DNA of 64,000 nucleotides from Desulfobacteraceae bacterium (lineage in GTDB: Bacteria; Desulfobacterota; Desulfobacteria; Desulfobacterales; UBA5852): assembly GCA_014237395.1 (NCBI GenBank), contig JABZFP010000028.1, forward strand, positions 585 through 64,584, in the 5' to 3' direction. Shown here in pieces: positions 57,438 to 64,000 of this stretch (position 1 is the stretch's first letter; each line of letters begins with the position of its first letter). Position numbers and translations under genes: made by a program. The notes beneath the pieces were generated by a model. That model made no database searches and was not told the DNA's origin. It worked only from the letters and a program-made list of their open reading frames with translations.

Positions 57438-57480
57438 TTAATACCACCCTAACAAAACCCTAAAACTGGGTTTTTATAGT
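57438..57480 (+). promoter_or_regulatory. candidate Pho box (3 units) and -10, upstream of pstS
   Basis: TTAAT(57438) CTAAC(57449) CTAAA(57460); TATAGT at 57475-57480, 10 nt after the last unit. Confidence 0.55.
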
Positions 57481-57553
57481 GGGCAACGTGCACGGTTACC
57501 CTAACTTGACCATAATGGTTTTTTTATTGATTAAAATTCTTCAGGAGGAACAC

Positions 57554-58597
57554 ATGATTAGAAAGTCAATTCTGTTGGCCACCGCCACCTTTTTCATGGC
57601 GACGGCCGGAAGCGCGTATGCGGCATCCGCCCGCGACAACATCAGCATCGTCGGCTCTTCCACGGTCTACCCGTTTGCCACCGTCGTGGCCGAGCAGTTC
57701 GGGAAAACCACGAGTTTCAAAACCCCCAAGATCGAATCCACCGGATCGGGTGGCGGCTTCAAACTTTTCTGCGCCGGCGTGGGTGTCGAACACCCGGACA
57801 TCACCAATGCCTCCCGGGCCATGAAAAAATCGGAATATGACAAATGCCAGGCCAACGGCGTCAAGGAGATCGTCGAGGTCAAGATTGGCTATGACGGTAT
57901 TGTCGTCGCCAATTCCAAGAAAGCCAGCCCGCTCAAACTGACCCGAAAGGACATCTTCCTGGCCTTGGCCAAAAACGTTCCCGATCCTTCCGGAGCTGAA
58001 AAATTGGTCCCCAACCCCTACAAAACCTGGAAAGATGTCAACAACTCCCTTCCCGCAGCGAAAATCGAAGTCCTGGGGCCACCGCCCACCTCCGGCACCC
58101 GGGATGCTTTTGTAGAGTTGGTGATGGAAGAAGCCGCCAAGGGGTTCCCCTTTATCAAGGCCATGGACAAGAACGACTTCAAAGCAGCCGCCCACACCGT
58201 CCGTGAAGACGGCCCCTATGTGGAAGCCGGTGAAAACGACAACCTGATCGTGCAGAAACTGAATGCCAATCCCGATGCCCTGGGCATCTTCGGGTTCAGC
58301 TTCCTGGATCAGAACACCGATACGATCCAGGGCTCTTTCGTGGACGGCGTGCAGCCCACCTTCGAAGCCATTGCCGACGGCTCCTACCCGGTGTCGCGCC
58401 CGCTGTTCTTCTACGTCAAAAAAGCCCACGTGGGCGTCATCCCGGGCATCCAGGAATACCTGACCGAATTTACGTCGGAGAAAACCTGGGGGGAGGATGG
58501 CTACCTGAGTGAAAAGGGATTGATCCCGATGCCGGACCAGGAACGTCAGCAATACCAGAGCGATGTCAAAGCACTCAAACCGCTCATGATGAAATAG
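57554..58597 (+). CDS. pstS: phosphate ABC transporter substrate-binding protein PstS
   Basis: ORF 57479..58597 trimmed to MIRKSILLATATFFMATAGSAYA (signal peptide) behind RBS aggagga. GSSTVYPF and TSGTRD phosphate-binding blocks. Confidence 0.85.
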   Translation: MIRKSILLATATFFMATAGSAYAASARDNISIVGSSTVYPFATVVAEQFGKTTSFKTPKIESTGSGGGFKLFCAGVGVEHPDITNASRAMKKSEYDKCQANGVKEIVEVKIGYDGIVVANSKKASPLKLTRKDIFLALAKNVPDPSGAEKLVPNPYKTWKDVNNSLPAAKIEVLGPPPTSGTRDAFVELVMEEAAKGFPFIKAMDKNDFKAAAHTVREDGPYVEAGENDNLIVQKLNANPDALGIFGFSFLDQNTDTIQGSFVDGVQPTFEAIADGSYPVSRPLFFYVKKAHVGVIPGIQEYLTEFTSEKTWGEDGYLSEKGLIPMPDQERQQYQSDVKALKPLMMK

Positions 58598-58609
58598 GAA
58601 AAAACCCGT

Positions 58610-58647
58610 GGCCGACCGGTGGAACATTTGTTTGACGCCGGTCGGCC
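58610..58647 (+). terminator. stem-loop after pstS (attenuator/terminator-like)
   Basis: ggccgaccgg (58610-58619) pairs perfectly with ccggtcggcc (58638-58647) across an 18-nt loop. It is followed by cgattatta rather than a clean T-run, so this may be a partial terminator or RNA-stability element between pstS and pstB. Confidence 0.45.
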
Positions 58648-58725
58648 CGATTATTATGATGTGGTATAGCGCCCTTTGGACTATGCCGCTTGGAATTCAC
58701 ACCAATCGACAAGAAATAAAGCGCA

Positions 58726-59625
58726 ATGGATGCCGCAGCCAACTTTGAGGAATTGACGGTGGGAATCGAAAACACACAGACGGCCTCGACCGGGCCCGCA
58801 AAAGCCAAATCAGGCCGGATACTTTTCGATCGCGACAGTCGCGACACCGTCGGCGAACCTTTTGTCGAAGATGCCCGCATGACCTGCCGTGACGTTAACG
58901 TCTACTACGGCGACAAGCAGGCCATCAAGGATGTGTCGCTCGATATCGGACGCAACGAAGTCATCGCCATGATTGGCCCCTCGGGATGCGGCAAATCGAC
59001 CTTTCTGCGATGTCTCAACCGCATGAACGATACCATCGACACCTGCCGCGTGACCGGGCAGATCACCCTGGACGGCATCGATGTGTACGGCAAGGATATC
59101 GATGTGGTCCCGCTGCGGGCCCAGGTCGGCATGGTCTTCCAGAAGCCCAACCCCTTTCCGAAATCCATCTACGACAATGTGGCCTACGGCCCTCGTATTC
59201 ACGGCCTGGCCCAGAACAGGGCCGAGTTGGACGACATCGTCGAAACCTCCCTGCGCAAAGCCGGTTTGTGGGAAGAAGTCAAAGACCGCATGGACCAGCC
59301 GGGCACCGGCCTGTCGGGTGGTCAGCAGCAGCGCCTGTGCATCGCCCGCACCATCGCCGTGAGCCCCGAAGTCATCCTGATGGACGAGCCCTGCAGCGCC
59401 CTGGACCCCATTGCTACCGCCATCATCGAAGACCTGATCGACGAGCTCAAGCAGCAGTATTCCATCGCCATCGTCACCCACTCCATGCAGCAGGCCTCCC
59501 GCGTCTCCCAGCGCACGGCCTATTTCCACCTGGGGGATTTGATCGAAGTCGGCGACACGGCCCAGATCTTCACCACCCCCCGCCACCAGTTGACCCAGGA
59601 TTACATCACCGGCCGGTTTGGTTAA
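58726..59625 (+). CDS. pstB: phosphate ABC transporter ATP-binding protein PstB
   Basis: Walker [10 protein letters not shown], PstB-typical [12 protein letters not shown], signature LSGGQQQRL, Walker B ILMDEP. The N-terminal 51 aa are atypical, so the true start may be the ATG at 58879 ([11 protein letters not shown]). Confidence 0.9.
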   Translation: MDAAANFEELTVGIENTQTASTGPAKAKSGRILFDRDSRDTVGEPFVEDARMTCRDVNVYYGDKQAIKDVSLDIGRNEVIAMIGPSGCGKSTFLRCLNRMNDTIDTCRVTGQITLDGIDVYGKDIDVVPLRAQVGMVFQKPNPFPKSIYDNVAYGPRIHGLAQNRAELDDIVETSLRKAGLWEEVKDRMDQPGTGLSGGQQQRLCIARTIAVSPEVILMDEPCSALDPIATAIIEDLIDELKQQYSIAIVTHSMQQASRVSQRTAYFHLGDLIEVGDTAQIFTTPRHQLTQDYITGRFG

Positions 59626-59743
59626 CCCCGTTAAACCCCCTCCGCCTGAAACCCATGCATTTTTCATGAAGAACATGACATTGCATTCCACAACCCCTGT
59701 ATCTGGACCCTGCAAAAACCCTTAACGCCCTCCTAAAAAATGC

Positions 59744-59772
59744 TTGACAGGATTTTGGAATCCGCATATGGT
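59744..59772 (+). promoter_or_regulatory. sigma70-like promoter with palindromic spacer, upstream of the MarR gene
   Basis: TTGACA 59744-59749, 17-nt spacer ggattttggaatccgca (contains GGATT-N4-AATCC), TATGGT 59767-59772. The MNEQ ATG at 59780 lies 7-8 nt downstream of the -10. Confidence 0.5.
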
Positions 59773-59779
59773 TCACACT

Positions 59780-60259
59780 ATGAATGAACAAACGACACAA
59801 TCAAACGACACCATTCCGAGCTACCAGGTGGATCAATTCCAGGGCCTTATCGCCAAGCTCTTCCAGTGCTGCCAGGAGCGCATGCAGTACCAGAGCGATC
59901 GCTTCAAGCTGCCGGACGCCGAGTTGCGCTGTCTGCAGCTCTTTGCCCATGAGCGGTACCTGACGCCCAAGGGCATTGCCCACAAAATGAACGTGGTCAA
60001 AAGCCGTGTCACCAAAATCATCGACGGCATGGTGCGCCGCAAGCTGATCCAGCGGGTCAAGGATCCGGAAGATTCACGCATCACCCTGCTCAGCCTGACC
60101 CCCAAAGGGCAGGATAAGCTTAATGAAATCAATTACTTTCTTGAATCCATTCACTTGGAGGTGTTGTCACAAATGGCCCCGGAACAACGCAAGGCCGTAT
60201 TGTCCAACCTCGAAGTGCTCAAGGCATCCATGGAGGCTGTTAAAGAATTAATGGTATGA
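59780..60259 (+). CDS. MarR family transcriptional regulator
   Basis: ORF 59744..60259 trimmed to MNEQTTQS because a sigma70-like promoter overlaps the upstream ATGs. Winged-helix region LTPKGIAHKMNVVKSRVTKIIDGMVRRKLIQR...DSRITLLSLTPKG. Confidence 0.75.
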   Translation: MNEQTTQSNDTIPSYQVDQFQGLIAKLFQCCQERMQYQSDRFKLPDAELRCLQLFAHERYLTPKGIAHKMNVVKSRVTKIIDGMVRRKLIQRVKDPEDSRITLLSLTPKGQDKLNEINYFLESIHLEVLSQMAPEQRKAVLSNLEVLKASMEAVKELMV

Positions 60260-60260
60260 T

Positions 60261-60295
60261 CCGCCCCCTCCATTCGGATCGAGGGCGGTTTTTTT
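60261..60295 (+). terminator. rho-independent terminator after the MarR gene
   Basis: ccgccccctc...gagggcgg stem (2-nt bulge) followed by ttttttt, immediately after the stop codon. Confidence 0.6.
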
Positions 60296-60400
60296 GGATT
60301 TTAAAGTACATACTATATACCAAAAAAGCATAAATAAATTATATATAATCGTTTTTATTATATTTTATCCGTTTATATCATCAACTTTAAGGAGGGAACC

Positions 60401-60946
60401 ATGGAACACATCGAAACCCAGCTGGCCGATCTGAAAGCGCAACTGGACGCGCTGCAGAAAAAGAGCCCGGAGAACAAACTTTCCATGATCTGCTTCAGCG
60501 GCGATCTGGACAAGGCCCTGGCGTCTTTTATCATCGCCACGGGAGCGGTCGCCATGGGCATGGACGTCGTGATGTTTTTTACGTTCTGGGGCACCCCGGT
60601 GCTGCGGGACGCCAACAAGAGCGTAGGCGGCAAGGACACCATGGGCAAAATGTTCGGCACCATGCTGCCCAAGGGTACGGGCGGCGTCAAGCTGTCAAAG
60701 ATGAACATGGGGGGCATGGGCACGGCCATGATGAAATCCCTCATGAAGCAAAAGAACGTCGCCACCCTCGATCAGATGATCGGAATGGCCGAGGAACTCG
60801 GGGTGCGCATTTTTATCTGTGAAATGTCCATGGACCTCATGGGCTTCAAGCGCGAAGAGATGATCCAGTACGAGGGCCTGGAGTACTGCGGTGTGGCCAA
60901 GTTTCTAGAAGAGGCCATGGATAGCAAAATTCAGCTTTTTATCTAA
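60401..60946 (+). CDS. DsrE/DsrF-like (DsrE2-type) sulfur-relay family protein
   Basis: 181 aa. LSMICFSGDLDKALASFIIATGA...FFTFWG...IFICEMSMDLMG resembles the DsrE2/'peroxiredoxin-like' family found next to TusA. RBS aaggaggg. Confidence 0.6.
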   Translation: MEHIETQLADLKAQLDALQKKSPENKLSMICFSGDLDKALASFIIATGAVAMGMDVVMFFTFWGTPVLRDANKSVGGKDTMGKMFGTMLPKGTGGVKLSKMNMGGMGTAMMKSLMKQKNVATLDQMIGMAEELGVRIFICEMSMDLMGFKREEMIQYEGLEYCGVAKFLEEAMDSKIQLFI

Positions 60947-60966
60947 TCAAACAAAGGAGATCTAAA

Positions 60967-61209
60967 ATGAGTGACGACATCAAAATCAGCAAAACATTCG
61001 ACCTGAAAGGGCTGGCATGCCCCATGCCGGTTGTCAAAGTCAGCAAGGGGATCAAGGACGTCGAAGTGGGCGATGTGATCGAAGCCATCTCCACGGATCC
61101 CGGCTCCCTGACCGACATCCCGGCCTGGGCGCGGACCACCGGCAACGAGGTCATAAAGACCGAACAGGACGACAAGGTGATCCGGTTCTATATCAAACGC
61201 AACGCGTGA
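60967..61209 (+). CDS. tusA: TusA/SirA family sulfurtransferase
   Basis: 80 aa. LKGLACPMPVVK (CPxP active site). Confidence 0.8.
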   Translation: MSDDIKISKTFDLKGLACPMPVVKVSKGIKDVEVGDVIEAISTDPGSLTDIPAWARTTGNEVIKTEQDDKVIRFYIKRNA

Positions 61210-61276
61210 CCGTGGGGTCCCCCCGCCGCTGCGCGCGGTGGGGGATTTACGGCCTCGGCATCCGAGGGAGGCATCC

Positions 61277-61987
61277 GTGGAAACCATATCGTATATCGTT
61301 CTCGTGCCCATGGTCTATCTGGCTGCGGCCATTTTCATCATCGGCACGACGGTGCGCCTAATCAAAATCTTCAAGGCCCCCAAACACCCGACAACCCTAC
61401 AGATATTTCCCGCCAAAAAACCGGCCTGGCTCTGGGCGCTCCACGACACCTTTCTCTTCCCGACGGTGCGGCGCCACAAACCGGTTCTGTGGGTCTTTCT
61501 CATCGTGTTTCATATCTGCCTGCTGCTGTTGATCATCGGTCACCTGGAGCTGTTCGGGGAGTTCGAAGTTCTACAGATCATTCCCCACGAAATTTTTCTC
61601 GGCAAAGGTCTGGTCGGTCTGTTGACCGCCATATCCCTGCTCTACTTCCTTTTTCGGCGCTTCCGGTCACCGGTACGCGACCTGTCTGTTCCGGAGGATT
61701 ACTACCTGCTCATCCTGCTGTTCCTGATTGTGCTGTTCGGCAGTCAGATGGACTGGGCCCGCAACTGGTACTATTACGAAACCATGTCGGTGGAAGACTA
61801 TCGGACCTATCTGGGCGGCCTGATCACATTCGAACCGTATCTACCGGAAAGCGTGACGGAAAGCGGACACGCTTTCATGCTCGTCCTGCATGTCTTCCTG
61901 GCCAACCTGTTTCTTATCTTCTTCCCTTTCAGCCAAGTCATGCATTCCTTTTTATCACTGCCAATGAACAAACTGCGGAGAGGGTAA
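61277..61987 (+). CDS. NarI/DsrM/HdrE-like membrane cytochrome b subunit
   Basis: ORF 61238..61987 trimmed to GTG 61277 (VETISYIVLVP) behind gggagg. About 5 TM helices with conserved His (FHICLLLLIIGHLE, HVFLANL). Confidence 0.6.
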   Translation: METISYIVLVPMVYLAAAIFIIGTTVRLIKIFKAPKHPTTLQIFPAKKPAWLWALHDTFLFPTVRRHKPVLWVFLIVFHICLLLLIIGHLELFGEFEVLQIIPHEIFLGKGLVGLLTAISLLYFLFRRFRSPVRDLSVPEDYYLLILLFLIVLFGSQMDWARNWYYYETMSVEDYRTYLGGLITFEPYLPESVTESGHAFMLVLHVFLANLFLIFFPFSQVMHSFLSLPMNKLRRG

Positions 61988-61990
61988 CCC

Positions 61991-63247
61991 ATGGACGCAA
62001 AGACACGGGACGATCTGCTGGGTCTTTTCCAGAGTAAACTTAACGAAGCCATGCACTTCTATCTTGAAACCTGCACCCGTTGCGGCGTCTGCACGGAAGC
62101 CTGCCACGTCCACGCCTCCATGGGACAGGTGCGCTACATCGCCGCCTACCGGCATGAAATCATCCGGCGGCTCTACAAAAAGCACTTCAAGGCCCGGGGC
62201 AAGGTCTGGCCCTCGGTGGGGGAATCGAAAGAGCTTACGGAAATGGCCCTGGACGAACTCTACGAAGCGGCCTACTCGTGCACCGGATGCCGGCGCTGCA
62301 TGATGTACTGCCCCTTCGGCATCGACACCCAGATGCTCATGTCCATCGCCAAACTGCTGTTGATCGGCGCCAACGCCGAGCCGGAGACCCTGACCATGCT
62401 GGCGGACATGTCCATCGAAAAGGGCAAATCCATCGACATTTTCAAGGAGGGTTTCATCAACGGGCTCAAGCGGTTAGAAGACGAGGTGGTGGCCAAATGG
62501 CGCCAGGAAGCTGGCGAAGCCGTCATCCCGGTGGACGTGGAAGGCGCCGATCTGCTCTATGTGGCCCTGGCCGGAGCCCATTCCATCATTCCCGCCGCGG
62601 CCATCTTCAACGCTGCCGGCGAAAAATGGACCCTGAGCTTCTTCGAAGCCGTCAACTTCGGCGCCTTTGTAGGGGATCCCACCCGCACCAAGCTCATTCT
62701 CGACCGGATCGTCAACGAAGCCCTGCGGCTCAAGGTCAAAGAAGTGTGTATCTGCGAATGCGGCACCGCCTTCCGGGTGATGAAGCAGCTGTCCGGTAAA
62801 CACCCGTTCACGGTCTCCTCCATCACCGACGTGCACGCCCGCTACCTGAAGGAAGGCCGCATCCGGCTCGACAAAACGAAGTTCAACGTTCCGATCACCT
62901 ATCACGACCCCTGCCAGATCGCGCGCAACGGGGGCGTGATAGACGCCCCGCGCTATATCCTGAAACAGCTGACCGATGATTTCCGCGAACTCGCGCCGGA
63001 GCCGGCCTACAACTGGTGCTGCGGCGGTGGCGGCGGCCTGGTGGCCCTGGGCGAAGACACCCTGGACTTCCGGATGAAGTCCTCGCGGGTCAAGGTCGAT
63101 CAGGTGCGTGGCACTGGGGCAACGATCCTGACCACGGCTTGTGAAAACTGCCACACGCAGCTCAGCAACCTGAGAGACCACTACAAGATGGAGGTCGATG
63201 TCACCTTTTTATCATCCATGGTGGCCGACGCACTGGTTCCCGCCTGA
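61991..63247 (+). CDS. HdrD/DsrK-like Fe-S oxidoreductase (CCG domains)
   Basis: 418 aa. CTRCGVCTEACH and CTGCRRCMMYCPFG ferredoxin motifs, plus CCG-type blocks CECGTAF...HDPCQIAR...WCCGGGGG...CENCHTQL. Confidence 0.8.
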   Translation: MDAKTRDDLLGLFQSKLNEAMHFYLETCTRCGVCTEACHVHASMGQVRYIAAYRHEIIRRLYKKHFKARGKVWPSVGESKELTEMALDELYEAAYSCTGCRRCMMYCPFGIDTQMLMSIAKLLLIGANAEPETLTMLADMSIEKGKSIDIFKEGFINGLKRLEDEVVAKWRQEAGEAVIPVDVEGADLLYVALAGAHSIIPAAAIFNAAGEKWTLSFFEAVNFGAFVGDPTRTKLILDRIVNEALRLKVKEVCICECGTAFRVMKQLSGKHPFTVSSITDVHARYLKEGRIRLDKTKFNVPITYHDPCQIARNGGVIDAPRYILKQLTDDFRELAPEPAYNWCCGGGGGLVALGEDTLDFRMKSSRVKVDQVRGTGATILTTACENCHTQLSNLRDHYKMEVDVTFLSSMVADALVPA

Positions 63248-63396
63248 AGCCGACCGGTTTCGACCCGTGCGCCACGCCGTCATTTAAACATGACCATGTG
63301 CTGTTTTTGACAGATCATGGTCCGTTATCTTGGGCAACGGCCCCTCACCTCTGGTTGAGGGGCCGAATATAACGATGCGTAAGGAGATATTACACC

Positions 63397-64000
63397 ATGA
63401 GGAAGATCTTTGTATGTATGGCAATCCTGGCCTGTACGCTGATGTTTGCCACAGCGTCCATGGCCACCAACGGCGACAACCTGATCGGCATCGGTCCTAT
63501 TTCCCGTGCCATGGGCGGAACGGGCATCGCGGCCCCCCAGGACGCCATCAGCGCTGTTTTTTCCAACCCGGCGGCCATGTGTTTCGGCCCCTATTGCCCG
63601 TCGTCCGAGATCAACTTCTCCGGCACCCTGTTCATGCCGAAAATCGATGCCAAGATCACGACAGCCAACGGAGTCGTCAAGGCCGACAGTGAAGACAATG
63701 TCTATGCCATTCCGGCCATCGGGCTGTCCGTGCCCATCTCCGAGACGCCCCAGAACTGGCGCTTCGGACTGGCGGCCTACGGGGTGACCGGTTTGGGCGT
63801 GGACTACCGGGACACCCCTATCGATCAGGCGTCCTATCCCAGCGGGGCTCCGGTGGCCTCCGGTGAATACACCGAGCTGCAGATCATGAAATTTGCTCCG
63901 TCCCTGTCATTTCAGCTGCTGCCCAACCTGTCCCTGGGGCTGGCCTTCCATATCGACTACGAAACCCTCGACCTGGGCGACGGCGGCTCCACCGCCTATT
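63397..64000 (+). CDS. FadL/OMPP1/TodX family outer-membrane transporter (5' part, runs off window)
   Basis: Own translation from ATG 63397 (RBS aaggaga): MRKIFVCMAILACTLMFATASMATNGDNLIGIGPISRAMGGTGIAAPQDAISAVFSNPAAM. The frame is open to the window end. Confidence 0.7.
   Translation, partial: MRKIFVCMAILACTLMFATASMATNGDNLIGIGPISRAMGGTGIAAPQDAISAVFSNPAAMCFGPYCPSSEINFSGTLFMPKIDAKITTANGVVKADSEDNVYAIPAIGLSVPISETPQNWRFGLAAYGVTGLGVDYRDTPIDQASYPSGAPVASGEYTELQIMKFAPSLSFQLLPNLSLGLAFHIDYETLDLGDGGSTAY

Noticed and set aside
56179-59715. Minus-strand ORFs of 422, 353 and 301 aa opposite pstA, pstS and pstB.
   Set aside because: Shadow ORFs. The plus-strand products are textbook Pst proteins.
59722-59748. 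TTAAC-N6-CTAAA-N6-TTGAC with 11-bp phasing upstream of the MarR gene, resembling the candidate Pho boxes.
   Set aside because: The last unit is a canonical TTGACA -35 box at 17-nt spacing from TATGGT, so an ordinary sigma70 promoter explains it. The spacing to the -10 does not match the other five sites.

Overview
GC-rich chromosomal segment (GC judged by eye, not computed). The gene content looks like an anaerobic, probably sulfate-reducing Desulfobacterota (Desulfobacterales-like) genome; that assignment is inference only. I call about 56 protein genes and found no rRNA, tRNA or CRISPR. Layout: (1) 1-15.2 kb is an acyl-CoA oxidation cluster: etfBA, two acyl-CoA dehydrogenases, a 3-hydroxyacyl-CoA dehydrogenase, a TetR regulator, an APH-type kinase, an Fe-S protein and an ADP-forming acyl-CoA synthetase. 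(2) 15-27 kb holds mixed housekeeping and accessory genes: GxxExxY, RarD, HAD, ZIP, Gfo/Idh/MocA, MBL, TerC, DUF192, GNAT, FRG and a tautomerase. (3) 27.5-36 kb has two M1-type peptidases flanking a Ser/Thr kinase and a 730-aa unknown protein. (4) 36.6-39 kb has GAF, USP and a hypothetical protein. (5) 39.2-59.6 kb is a phosphate (Pho) block. phoBR sits at one end and phoU-pstC-pstA-pstS-pstB at the other. Between them lies about 10 kb of lipid-type and unknown genes: PilZ, an 809-aa orphan, a PSD-like protein, an Lgt-like protein, DedA, two tiny proteins, a radical SAM enzyme and a PHP-glycosyltransferase fusion. (6) 59.8-64 kb carries MarR, DsrE-like, TusA, HdrDE/DsrMK-like genes and a FadL-type porin. 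The three most notable observations follow. First, a BIME-like mosaic of two phased triplet motifs fills almost every intergenic gap in the first 27 kb. Second, 11-bp-phased CTAAC direct repeats (candidate Pho boxes) sit 10-11 bp upstream of -10-like hexamers in front of phoB, the 809-aa operon, phoU, pstC and pstS. Third, those boxes tie the uncharacterised lipid-gene island to the Pho regulon. It is therefore a candidate, undescribed phosphate-starvation membrane-lipid remodelling system. There are also two copies of a 257-bp MITE (one carrying a nested 134-bp hairpin element) and several other dispersed repeat families.
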